Positions 1 through 10,100 of a stretch of 57,363 nucleotides of DNA are shown here, piece after piece (positions within the stretch are counted from its first letter, which is position 1; each line of letters begins with the position of its first letter). Under the pieces are notes generated by a model. The model did not search any database. It was not told the origin of the DNA and worked only from the letters and a program-made list of their open reading frames with translations. Where the stretch lies: contig JBBRXO010000007.1 of assembly GCA_038248345.1 (NCBI GenBank), positions 1-57,363 of the forward strand, given 5' to 3'. This DNA comes from Armatimonadota bacterium. Its GTDB lineage: Bacteria; Armatimonadota; Hebobacteria; CAIYQO01. Both the position numbers and the translations under genes were made by a program.

Positions 1-140
1 CTCCGCGGTGTCTTTCTGATACACTTGCTGCATGGTGGTTCTCTCCTTCTTGGTTGGTACCCAGGAGACATCTTACCAGATGCCCCCGGAGAGAGCCACC
101 GGTCTCTATTTCAACTTTCCACTACGAGCGGGACACCCTC
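1..140 (-). mobile_element. Probable left end of an IS256-family-like insertion sequence, with the transposase start running off the window
   Basis: Minus strand starts GAGGGTGTCCCG... at 140, resembling IS256-family termini. GGAGAG RBS then ATG at 33 (MQQVYQKDTAE...) continuing beyond position 1. Confidence 0.45.
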
Positions 141-323
141 GGGATGGATATTGGCCCCATTATTGGTGGTGTGGCAGGCCTCCTATTAGGCTTAGCTTTA
201 GGAAATAGTAGAGCTTGTGAATTGTGATTACGTGCGCAATTAGCCTTGTGCCAAGTGCAGATTGAGAAGAATACGCGGGGGTAATGTGGCGATTACCGGC
301 ACTCTACTGCATGAATATCATCC

Positions 324-637
324 ATGCGCTGCTCTACGGTACTTATAGCATCGGCAAATGGGCCGGGCTTCTCCATCTTTACCGATACTAGTGCGGCGGC
401 AAAGCGTAGCGCCATCATTTACAGCATCATCGAGTCCGCCAAAGAAAACGGTCTCAACCCTTTCGAGTACCTGAAGTACCTCCGCGAACAAATCCCCCAG
501 CGGCCCATTGCGCAACTAGAAGACATCCTCCCCCAGGTCAGAGGCGTTACGTTACCCAGTGACTGCCACGTGCCCAGTAGAGCAACCGAGAATGCGTAGT
601 ACCGTAGGCAGTGTGGCGGGGAGAGTTTGACGCTTAC
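324..637 (+). pseudogene. IS66-family transposase (TnpC) C-terminal remnant plus right terminal inverted repeat
   Basis: SAIIYSIIESAKENGLNPFEYLKYLREQIP matches the IS66 C-terminal motif. ...GTTTGACGCTTAC ending at 637 is the reverse complement of a GTAAGCG IS66-type end. The rest of the gene is missing. Confidence 0.8.
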
Positions 638-679
638 GAATAAATGGCATTGAAAATCAGTTAGTCAGCATGCAATCGG

Positions 680-1309
680 TTATCCTCGCTGCCGGTAAAT
701 AATCGCCAGCACCTCTTCCGTTGTCGCAGGTGCCGGAACATTTGCCAGGGCGCGGTTGATCATCTGTTGGGCGTCGTTGCGGTTGTATTGTAGCTGGAGG
801 AGGACGGCGAGGACTTCGGCTTCTAGCTCCTGACTAGCGTTATTGGTACGGGCACTCGCGGAGGGGGCGACGCCGCCGTCTATCAGGCAGAAGGCCCCCA
901 TCTTGCCCTGCAGTTTGGCCACGATCTCCTTGGCCTTCTGGCGACCGACGCCGGGCAGGCTGGTGAGGATGCGCATGTCGCCGGTCTCGATGCCGGCTGC
1001 TATCTGGGCGATGGGCAGGACGATGGCTTTGACGGCGGTCCTCGGCCCGATGCTGGCCACCTGGATGAACTGCTCGAAGAACTCACGCTCCAGTTGCTGG
1101 CGGAAGCCGATCATCACCGGCACGCCGCGCGACTGGTCAATCTGCAGGTAATAATAGATGACCAGCTTCACCTCGGTCTCCTCCACCGCGGCGGGCATGG
1201 CGGCGAGGAGCGCGGGCGGCACCAGCACCTCGTAGCCGATACCGCCGACGAGTATGAGCAAAGAGCTGGCTTTGCGCTCCAATATAGTCCCCTGTAAGTA
1301 ACTAATCAT
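680..1309 (-). CDS. ruvA: Holliday junction branch migration protein RuvA
   Basis: MISYLQG..GGIGYEV, HhH motifs SIGPRTA and LPGVGRQKA, C-terminal LLQLQY. Real start is ATG 1309, directly after ruvC. Confidence 0.95.
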   Translation of the reverse strand: MISYLQGTILERKASSLLILVGGIGYEVLVPPALLAAMPAAVEETEVKLVIYYYLQIDQSRGVPVMIGFRQQLEREFFEQFIQVASIGPRTAVKAIVLPIAQIAAGIETGDMRILTSLPGVGRQKAKEIVAKLQGKMGAFCLIDGGVAPSASARTNNASQELEAEVLAVLLQLQYNRNDAQQMINRALANVPAPATTEEVLAIIYRQRG

Positions 1310-1310
1310 C

Positions 1311-1808
1311 TTATTTTCCTCTCCGGGTGATAGCGCTATTGGCGCGGTAGGCGTGGCAGATGGCCATCGCCAGCGCGTCGGACACGTGGTCAGGTATTGC
1401 TTCATTTGGCAGCCCCAGGATACGCTGTACCATGGACTGCACTTGCATTTTATTGGCATGGCCGTTGCCGGTAACCGCGCTTTTGATGGCGGTGCTGGCA
1501 TAGCCGATGACGGGTATGGCACGCTCTGCGGCGGTGAGATAGATGACACCGCGGGCGTGCCCCATGAGAATGGCGGTCTTGGGGAATGCGTAGGAGGCGT
1601 ATAGCTCCTCCACCGCCATGGCATCGGGGATGAACTCATGCAGTACGGCGATGAGTTTATCATGGATGTGCAGCATCCGCCCGGCCATCTCGGTGGTGTC
1701 CGGTTTAATCACCCCCGCCGCCAGGCAGTGTAGCTGCCCCGCCGCGTTCATATCTATTACCCCGTAGCCGGTGTTGATCAGGCCGGGGTCGACGCCGATT
1801 ATAGTCAT
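1311..1808 (-). CDS. ruvC: Holliday junction resolvase RuvC
   Basis: IIGVDPG..TGYG, AVEE, GHARGV, KSAVTGNGHANKMQV and DALAMA motifs. Confidence 0.97.
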   Translation of the reverse strand: MTIIGVDPGLINTGYGVIDMNAAGQLHCLAAGVIKPDTTEMAGRMLHIHDKLIAVLHEFIPDAMAVEELYASYAFPKTAILMGHARGVIYLTAAERAIPVIGYASTAIKSAVTGNGHANKMQVQSMVQRILGLPNEAIPDHVSDALAMAICHAYRANSAITRRGK

Positions 1809-1900
1809 AAATTAGTCACTAGTCACTAGTCGATAGTCATCACCACCCCCTGAAGGAGGTGGCTAACAACTGCAAGCGCGCTATCATTCGATTCCGAAAA

Positions 1901-1960
1901 GTCCGCGAAGGCGGACGGCCGGCGCGCAGCGCCCTGCAGCCGGGATTTCAATCCCAGCGG
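1901..1960. repeat. REP-like family A element (GTCCGCGAAGGCGGAC...GCAGCCGGGATTTCAATCCCAGCG)
   Basis: Palindromic. Related copies at 26488, 32835, 33838, 48276, 51941 and 53273. Confidence 0.85.
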
Positions 1961-1981
1961 AAATATTTCGGGACGCCCATG

Positions 1982-4480
1982 TTACGATATCCAATTTCCC
2001 ATGCGTAGTACCTCCGGTGCCCCTAAAGCTTTATCCCAGGCAAGGGTATATGGCTGGCCGGGGTAGAGGTCGAAACAGTTGTCGGTGAGTGCTCGTTCTC
2101 CGTCTACGTCAAGGGAGACACCCCAGGCGAAGGAAGTTGACGTGAGAGTTAATACCCCATCGCAGAGCTTCATCTCGATATTGGGATTGGCATCGAACTG
2201 CAGGTCTTTGAAGCGTTCGAGGAAGAGGCGGTGTTGCGCTACCAGCTGACCATCTTTGGATAAAGAGGCAATGGCGGCAGTAGTTGCGAAACCAGCCGCT
2301 TCCCAGCTAGCCCGGGGGAAAGTGGCCAGTATCGTGCTGGCATTGGCGGCCAGCTGTGCCGGGGCAACCTCATCCAGTGGGTAGCCGCCCTTCAGATTGC
2401 AGATGCCGTAGCGCACCTGCCCGTTCCAGTCATTGGGGGTATCATTGACGCCGTAAATCGTGACGACGCCTTCCTCCTCCGCTACCACTACCGTTATATC
2501 GGCGAAGACGCGGCGTACTGGATGGAAGCAGAGCTTTTTTCGCAGATAATAATCGACGATGGTCCAACCGTGGGTGACGGGCCAGGAGTCGTTGAACATC
2601 CAGAAGATGGCGGCGGCGCTGCTGAACTTGCGACGGTGGTAGTTGCTGATATATTCCTGCAACCCCTCCGCCTGCCACAGCGCACTGGCGTAGGCGTAGT
2701 CTTCCCACGTCATCTTTGCCGGGTCGACGCCCAGCCATCCGATAATCGTAGAATAATAGCGTCCTTCGCCATCGGGATCAGTACGCGGGTAACAGATGGT
2801 ATTGTCATGGTGCTCCCAACTGGGCGAAAACAGGTAACGTTCGTTCTCCGGCAGGAATTGTCGAAGTGTCGCGGGGGAAGAGCAACCGAGTACTCCGCCT
2901 TCATTGGGGAAACGATCCACGTTATTGCGGAATATCCACAATTCATCGGGGCCATTCTGGAAGGTGCTCCCCCACGGGTGTTGGTCACCAGTGGTAGGAT
3001 CATTCGGACTGCGCAAATTCGACGAATATGGTGAAGAGAGCCAGTAGAATTTCGATGGGTCTTCCTCACAGGCAATTATTGGCAGATCATGGTTAAAAAG
3101 ATAATAATGCGGGGCTATTTTCGCTGTTTTATGCCAGCCCCACTTGGTATCGCCCCATTCTATTTCATTATTGCCACACCATACCACTATCGAGGGATGA
3201 TGCGCTAACTCGCGCATTCCGAAGCGCACTTCTCGATGCACCTCCGCCATAAAGTCGGGTTGATCAGCCGGATACTTGGAGCAGGCGAAGAGCAGGTCAT
3301 GCCAGATGATTATTCCCGCTTCGTCACATGCATCACAGAGGGCGTGATCGGCATAGAGCGCCCCACCCCATATCCGCATGGTGTTGAAGTTTGCATCCAC
3401 GGCCACCTGAATCAACTCGCGATAGCGCTCGGGCGTGACGGTACTGTAGAGCAGATCCGCAGGAACCCAGTTGCCGCCCTTGCAGAAGATGGGGAGATGA
3501 TTGATATTAATGATGAAGTATTCGCCGGTTACCGGGTGTTTCGTCTGGTCAACCTCCACCAGCCGCACTCCCGTGCGCCGCGTCGTTTTCTCCTCGTATC
3601 CGTTAGCTGTGGTCAGCGTCACTTCCACGTTGTACATATACTGCTCACCCTGCCCACGCGGCCACCAGAGGGTGGGATTATTTAGTTTAAATTGCACGGT
3701 ATGGCGGGATTCGCCCTTGGGCACATTAATCTCGAGCGATACCTCCTGCCCGGTCTCCAGCAGGCGTGCGGTGAGGGTGGCAGTGTCCACATCGGCGATG
3801 CCTTCTATTGTGGCGCGCACTTCAAAGGTGGCGGATTTCAGCTCGGCGGTCGGTACGGCGAGGACGGTTACTTGCTCCAGGCACGGCACGTCGCTCCACT
3901 GCAGGCTGATGTCGCCCAGGATGCCCACATTCATCATGCGTGGATTCCAGTCCCAGCCGCACTGGTACTGCGGCTTGCGCTGCCAGTGGCGTTTAGTGAG
4001 CAGGTCACCGATGGTGAAGTTGTAGTCTTTGCCAGATTTATCGGCGGTATTGAATAGACCGGCATCAAGCTGAATGATGAGCAGATTCTCGCCGCTGCGT
4101 AGCGCACTGGTAACGTCGATAGCCGCCGGGCGGTGCGCGGTGTTATGTGTGCCGACCTTGACGCCATTGAGATAAACCTCACAGTCCATCTCCAGCTTCT
4201 CACAAGCGAGCCAGACCTTGGTCGCGGCAGATACCTCCGGCGCGGTGAAAGTGCGGCGGTAGACCCAGACCATCTCCTCCACCCAGCGGGCTTTGAGAGA
4301 ATTAAGGCCGATATTGGGATCGGCCAGCACGCCCGCCCGGAGCAGCGTCTGATGCACCGGCTCGGGTACCTGGGCGCAGAACTGGCTGCGATGTTGCAGG
4401 CGTTCGCCATGTAATTGCCCTGGTTGTTCGGCGGAATATGCGAGTTCCCACGGGCCGTTCAGTGATAATTTGCCTTGCAT
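1982..4480 (-). CDS. Glycoside hydrolase family 2, beta-mannosidase-like
   Basis: RKPQYQCGWDW, KGGNWVP, NFNTMRIWGG, HPSIVVWCGNNE and WMFNDSWP motifs. Confidence 0.92.
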   Translation of the reverse strand: MQGKLSLNGPWELAYSAEQPGQLHGERLQHRSQFCAQVPEPVHQTLLRAGVLADPNIGLNSLKARWVEEMVWVYRRTFTAPEVSAATKVWLACEKLEMDCEVYLNGVKVGTHNTAHRPAAIDVTSALRSGENLLIIQLDAGLFNTADKSGKDYNFTIGDLLTKRHWQRKPQYQCGWDWNPRMMNVGILGDISLQWSDVPCLEQVTVLAVPTAELKSATFEVRATIEGIADVDTATLTARLLETGQEVSLEINVPKGESRHTVQFKLNNPTLWWPRGQGEQYMYNVEVTLTTANGYEEKTTRRTGVRLVEVDQTKHPVTGEYFIININHLPIFCKGGNWVPADLLYSTVTPERYRELIQVAVDANFNTMRIWGGALYADHALCDACDEAGIIIWHDLLFACSKYPADQPDFMAEVHREVRFGMRELAHHPSIVVWCGNNEIEWGDTKWGWHKTAKIAPHYYLFNHDLPIIACEEDPSKFYWLSSPYSSNLRSPNDPTTGDQHPWGSTFQNGPDELWIFRNNVDRFPNEGGVLGCSSPATLRQFLPENERYLFSPSWEHHDNTICYPRTDPDGEGRYYSTIIGWLGVDPAKMTWEDYAYASALWQAEGLQEYISNYHRRKFSSAAAIFWMFNDSWPVTHGWTIVDYYLRKKLCFHPVRRVFADITVVVAEEEGVVTIYGVNDTPNDWNGQVRYGICNLKGGYPLDEVAPAQLAANASTILATFPRASWEAAGFATTAAIASLSKDGQLVAQHRLFLERFKDLQFDANPNIEMKLCDGVLTLTSTSFAWGVSLDVDGERALTDNCFDLYPGQPYTLAWDKALGAPEVLRMGNWIS

Positions 4481-4590
4481 GGTGGCTCCTACAATGGATG
4501 TCTTTTCTGTTTATTCGCTCAGTAGAGGAAAAAGCCTGCAAAGAATCAAAAATGCTTGACGTTAATTGGCAAAAAAGGTATTAAACAGAT

Positions 4591-6024
4591 ATGGTTAATG
4601 ATGTACAACTGCGAATACGAACGTTACTGATAATTATAACGGTGGCTTTTCTGGCGCTATTCGGTTATCAGGCATATTGGCAGGTGATAAAGGCGGATTG
4701 GCTGACGAACAAGCCAACCAACCGGCGGCTGGCGCGGGCGGAGAAGCTGACACCGCGTGGAGCTATCTACGATAGCAACGGTGTGAAGCTGGCGTGGACA
4801 GATAACGGCGATCGCAAATATGCTGACCCGACCGGAACCGCCGCCGTCATCGGCTATATGGACCCGGTGTACGGACGTGTGGGGGTGGAAGGCGAGTGGA
4901 ATCTGGAGCTGGCCGGGCTGGCGCGCACCTTTGATGCAACGGAAGTGGAACGCGTGCGCCGCAACGAAAAACCCCAGGGGAAAGACGTAGCGCTGACGCT
5001 GGACCTGAAACTGCAGCAGGCAGGTAGAGCTGCGCTGGGGGATAAGACCGGCGCGTTGGTGATGCTGGACCCGACTACGGGGGCGATACTGGCGTTGGTG
5101 ACCAGCCCCACCTATAACCCGACGCAATTGCAGGAATATTTTACCAATAAAGACCTGGCGCAAAACGGCGAACTTCGCAACCGCGCCACCCAGGACCTCT
5201 ATCCGCCGGGATCGACAATGAAGGTACTTACGGCCGCCGCCGCTCTGATGCACGGCGTCAGCACGGAGAAGGAGTACACCTGTACCGGCAAAACCGTCAT
5301 CGGCGGCGCACCACTGAAGGACTACGGAAATGAGGTACATGGCGCGCTTAGCATGAAGCGTGCGCTGACGGTATCCTGTAATAACTACTTCGCCCATACC
5401 GCCGCTGACCTGGGCGCACCGAAGTTCTTCGAGACCGCCACCAGTTTCGGCTTTGGCAGCGATTGGTGGAATAAACTGCCCGAACCGCGCATGTTGCCAG
5501 TTTCCATGACCAAAAGTAACCTCACGGCGAAGATGGACCCTACTAAAGTGAAGAAAGGCGAGTTGGCGCATATGGGGTTCGGGCAATCCACGGTGGTGGT
5601 CACGCCGCTGCAGATGGCGATGATCGCCGCCACCGTGGCGAATGACGGCACGACCATGGCGCCTTACCTGGTGACGCAAGTGCGCAAAGCGGATGGCACG
5701 GTGCTCAACGATTATAAATCCCAGCAAGTCGGCTTCCCCATGAATAAAGATATCGCGGCAACGGTGAGCAATATGATGCGCAGCGTGGTGACCAGCGGTA
5801 CCGGCACGCGCGCGAACATGAGCTCCGCGATGGTATACGGCAAAACCGGCACGGCAGAACAGGATGGCGGTGATGATCACGCCTGGTTCATCGGCTTCGC
5901 CACGCAGAAAAAGGGTGACGAAACCCGCAAAGTAGCCTTCGCCATCATCCTGGAACGCGGCGGCACCGGCGGCGTAGCCGCCGTCCCTGTGGCGCGGAAG
6001 GTGCTGGAGGCATGGGCGGAGTAG
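4591..6024 (+). CDS. Class B penicillin-binding transpeptidase (PbpA/PBP2-like)
   Basis: N-terminal TM, PGSTMK (SxxK), SCN (SxN), KTGTAE, HAWFIGFA. Confidence 0.93.
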   Translation: MVNDVQLRIRTLLIIITVAFLALFGYQAYWQVIKADWLTNKPTNRRLARAEKLTPRGAIYDSNGVKLAWTDNGDRKYADPTGTAAVIGYMDPVYGRVGVEGEWNLELAGLARTFDATEVERVRRNEKPQGKDVALTLDLKLQQAGRAALGDKTGALVMLDPTTGAILALVTSPTYNPTQLQEYFTNKDLAQNGELRNRATQDLYPPGSTMKVLTAAAALMHGVSTEKEYTCTGKTVIGGAPLKDYGNEVHGALSMKRALTVSCNNYFAHTAADLGAPKFFETATSFGFGSDWWNKLPEPRMLPVSMTKSNLTAKMDPTKVKKGELAHMGFGQSTVVVTPLQMAMIAATVANDGTTMAPYLVTQVRKADGTVLNDYKSQQVGFPMNKDIAATVSNMMRSVVTSGTGTRANMSSAMVYGKTGTAEQDGGDDHAWFIGFATQKKGDETRKVAFAIILERGGTGGVAAVPVARKVLEAWAE

Positions 6025-6029
6025 ACCTC

Positions 6030-6105
6030 GATCGCGGGGTATGGCAGACATGACCGATTGAAGGTACGATAACCACGTGGGCACAAGCCTTGTGCCCCTA
6101 TAAAA
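6030..6105 (-). repeat. REP-like family B element, partial inverted copy
   Basis: GGGCACAAGCCTTGTGCCCCTA plus spacer; the reverse complement matches the 26531 and 32719 copies. Confidence 0.75.
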
Positions 6106-6160
6106 TGGTCGTGGACATAGCGAATGCCAGGTAATTCTCCAACAAACTCCCCATAGGGTG

Positions 6161-6189
6161 TTTACAGTATGCCTTTATGGTTATATACT
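6161..6189 (+). promoter_or_regulatory. Putative sigma70 promoter upstream of ferredoxin/ArsR
   Basis: TTTACA-17 bp-TATACT, followed by an imperfect inverted repeat at 6198-6237. Confidence 0.5.
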
Positions 6190-6403
6190 TGTTTCTGTAG
6201 ATGACAATCAGTGATGAAACTTTGATGTTGCATCTATGGCGTTATCCTTGGTCTACCTACCCCCCGGCCCCCTTCCCGGCGCGGGAAGGGGCTGTGGGTT
6301 AGGTCACCCCGGTATAAATACCCCCGTATAGGGCTGGCGGATTTTGTACCCTAAATCAGCCTTGGAATTTGGAATTTGGAACTATTTTCGGAGGAGTAAA
6401 GAG

Positions 6404-6589
6404 ATGACGATCACAGTTAATACTAGCCTTTGCCCGCAGAACCACCCCTGCCCGATGGTGCGTTATTGCCCGGCGGGGGCCATTACCCAACAGGGATCCA
6501 AAGCCCCGGTGCTTGACCAGGATAAGTGTATTCAATGCGGAAAATGCCTGCGCGGATGCCCGATGGGCGCTTTTGAAGATGCAGATTGA
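6404..6589 (+). CDS. Small 4Fe-4S dicluster ferredoxin-like protein
   Basis: CPQNHPC..CP and CIQCGKCLRGCP; GGAGG RBS before ATG 6404. Confidence 0.88.
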   Translation: MTITVNTSLCPQNHPCPMVRYCPAGAITQQGSKAPVLDQDKCIQCGKCLRGCPMGAFEDAD

Positions 6590-6620
6590 GTACCTACCCG
6601 GCGCAAAGCAGGAGATAATA

Positions 6621-6962
6621 ATGGAAACTATGCAATGGTCGGATGCCGCTATCGAATTAATAGCTCACCGCTTCAAGCTCCTCTCGGGGACATCACGCTT
6701 GCGCTTGGTCTTCGCGTTGTATGACGGCGAAAAATCGGTCAGCGAATTGATGGAAATCACCCATATGGAACAAGCGAATGTATCCCGCCAGCTCTCCTTG
6801 CTGGTAGACGGCGGCTTGATCACGCGCCACAAGACACAGCAAAAAGTATGGTACCGCCTGGCGGACGCTTCCCTGACGGAACTAACCGGCCTGGTTTGCC
6901 GAAGCCTGTTTCAACGCAGCACCGACGTACTGGCGTCCTTTACCAGTGAAGATAAAGACTAA
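6621..6962 (+). CDS. ArsR/SmtB-family transcriptional regulator
   Basis: FKLLS..SRLRL..GEKSVSEL..QANVSRQLSLL..GLI wHTH; AGGAG RBS. Confidence 0.9.
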   Translation: METMQWSDAAIELIAHRFKLLSGTSRLRLVFALYDGEKSVSELMEITHMEQANVSRQLSLLVDGGLITRHKTQQKVWYRLADASLTELTGLVCRSLFQRSTDVLASFTSEDKD

Positions 6963-7173
6963 ATGCTACAACGCTATTGAAAGCAGGCACCATTCACTTC
7001 CTTCCACACGCACTGGCCGGTCGCTCCGGCAGCCTATGCCTAAAAGGACGTGGAAGACAACGAAAGTATGCTACTTACTGTTAAATAATAACTTCCTCTA
7101 TTTACCCGTTCTCATGGGCAGGACGCCTCCACCGTCGCCATCCTGGCTATGGTGGGCAGGCTATGCCACGCTC

Positions 7174-10100
7174 CTATGGCGCTATATTTACCGTTATTAT
7201 CTGCGGTTCAGACATCGCGGTTGCTCCCAGTTTGTCGGTAACTTTGGCGCGCAGGGTGTAGCTTCCGGCTTTTGCTGGTTTCCAGGTATATACATACGGC
7301 GCCGCGGTGGTTTCACATATTTTTACATCTTCCTGATAGAACTCAACTATGCTAATTTCTGCCAATGTCGTACCCGGAAAGGCCGCGAGGAGCAGATTTA
7401 CTGGCATGGTGAATGTGGGCTGTACGATGGGTTCGAGCCAAATCCCCTGCAGGCAGGCTCGTGACGATGTTGTAGTGTCTTTCAGGGTGATGGTCAGGGT
7501 GCGGGTTCCGCCGACGGCGAATACTGAATCGCAAGTGAAGAAATCTTGATTGAAGCCGGTGGCAAAACTGAGTTCAGGATATTTAGCCGCATCAATAGTT
7601 TGTCCGGTCGCAGCGTCGGTGACTGACAACGCTCCGCTGGCCGGGCTGTTGTCGGTGTAGCTACCCCACAGGATATGCAGTTTGCCGCCCACGCCAGCGG
7701 GGAAACTTACTTTCAGCGTGGCAATAATCGGTTTATCGGCACTCTCTGTACGCCGTACCAGTGAGGTAAGGGCGGGGGGGATGCCGACCGCGGTCATATC
7801 AAGTTTGGCGGTGCGCCAGTTGCCACCGGCTGCAGTCTCGCCGCCGGACGGTACTTCCAGAGAAAAACCTTGACGTGGTGCGGTAGTCATGAACGTTAGT
7901 TTCCCCGTCATGTCAAAATATCCGCCGCCGTACAGGCAATTTTCCACCCGCAAAGTCGGGCCTCCGCTAAAGCTGAAGAGTTTGGTGTCTGTGGCAACGT
8001 ATGTTAACGGCATCTCTGGCTGTTCCGCCTTCGCTATTGAAAGTGCGATGCCCGGCGGTTCGGTTATCACGCCCCAATTAGACGGATCCATTTGTCGCGG
8101 GTCAGTGCCGGTAAAATCATCTTTTTTCCACGGGGTACGTGTTATCGTTCCGGCGATATCTCTCCGCCAACAGGCGGCATTCAGTTTCAACGGTATCACC
8201 AGATCCGACCGATCCTGGGTATACCTGCGCCCATCATCGCCCTGGCCGTACGGGGCGGCATGGAAATAACTGACCGATTGTATTTTAGTTAATTCCGGCA
8301 TGGATGCCAGCGGTATTTCCGCTTCAATGACATAGCCGCGGCCATCGTAGCGATCGCGTATTTCCACCATTGCGCCCGGAACGGCCGTGAGGGCTTTACT
8401 GCTGTCCCACGGCGTGGTGGTGCCGGGGGTGCGGTATTCCCCGGGAGTGGTAATCTCGCTTAGCTCCTTCGATGGTGGCACTGCCGGAGATGCGGGCCGA
8501 CAGGCTACAACCTGTGCCTTCAGCCGGCCATTATCTGCACGGATAGCGGATATAAAGAAACGAGTGTCGCCGGCAGCAGCATCGGTGCGTTGTGGATCGT
8601 CAATACCACCCAGCAGCAATTCAATACCGCTCCCCTTGCCAAACATACCAGCAGCATTGGCAACATCGGCAATTTTAAACTCCGGGTTAGTATCCAGAAT
8701 ATCGGCGAATATGCATAAATTGCCCGCGTCGCGGCGCATACGTATTTCTCCGTTAACGGTTTTTTTATCATCAAACAGAGTGAGTACTGGTAAATCCGTC
8801 GCCCATTCATAGTCGAAAGCGTCGACATTCGTCGGCCGCCAGGCTTCGTATAATGATAATGACCAGGTTCGGCTGGGGATAGTCATGACTCCCGGTTCCA
8901 TGGCCGTGGGACGCGGCAGCGTTGTCACCAGGTTAAGGGTGCCATTGATACGAGTGATATCTTTGCCAAAACCGCCAGTAATCTCCAAAATGCGGACATC
9001 TTCTGTAGTGTGTGAGATCAGCAGATGCTTGCCGGTCTTCGCGTCTTTCGTGAACAGGTAGGGCCCAGCATTTTCTACATAGATAGAGTTCGGGCCAACA
9101 CCCGGCGTCCTGCCATTCGCGTCGGTCAATACCCACCCCAGAGCCAGACCATCGCTGGTATAGCCGCTGTAGTTCGATCCAACCTCGGACACAATAACCA
9201 TACCGTCTGATTCCCCGGTTACTCCAAAAGTGATTATGCTATCGCCATCATTAGTCATGGCACCGTTGTGGCGTCCTACAATCCACTGTACCTTGCCTTC
9301 TTTGACTTTCATGAAGCGATTTTCTGAAGCACGATCCCAGAAATCGCGGTTTTGATGTGGGCCATTGTTTTCTGTCATATAAAACGCGCTCTCCGATGTT
9401 GCCGGCGCGCCTGTCGCCCAATAAGATTGGCCGTCAAACAAGGTGGCGTTGAAATCAGGTTTTGCTGTTATATAACTGGTGAATTCCCCTTTAACATATG
9501 TCGGCACTCCGCGTTCGTCAATAGAAGCTGGTTTTAATGAGCCATTGATGCCGTAGAGCGTCAGGTCGCGGCCAAGCCATGACCAACCGCCGGACGGCTG
9601 TGCCGGGTTCTTTTCGTCGGAACATTCTTCAGGCTGTACCAGTCCGTCTCCATTTTTGTCTGCCCAGAATGTAGTAGGAGCATTATTGTTGACCGCGGCG
9701 ACAGGAACCCAATTCTCTTTTTCCCATAACCAGATTCCCGTGCGAGCTGCCCCGTCTATCCACAGATATCGTTTCCCGTTTTTAGCGGTAAATGAGAACA
9801 TGCGGTTGTAACCAGCTAAAGTAGGGCCATCTTTGCCCGCCATTAAGTCCGGGGTGGCAGCCAAATCAGTACCATTCTGGCTGAGACACCAGATATTTTT
9901 GATAGAGAAACCTTGGGACGGAATTAATGAATTAGCATAAGCTGCATAGTCCACTTTTGCCTCGATGAATTGCGCGGTTCCATTGGGAGCGCTGTAGTAG
10001 ATAATTGTTGGGTCATCCAGGTCGCATCCGGCAGTTGCTCCGCAGCGGGTCGGCCCATAGACATCTTCCACCAGCTTTCCATCCGAGGTAAGTTTGGCAA

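Noticed and set aside
1310..1663. N-terminal extension of the RuvA ORF
   Set aside because: Overlaps ruvC in another frame; the real start is ATG 1309.
4657..6084. 475-aa minus-strand ORF
   Set aside because: Antisense shadow of the PBP gene.
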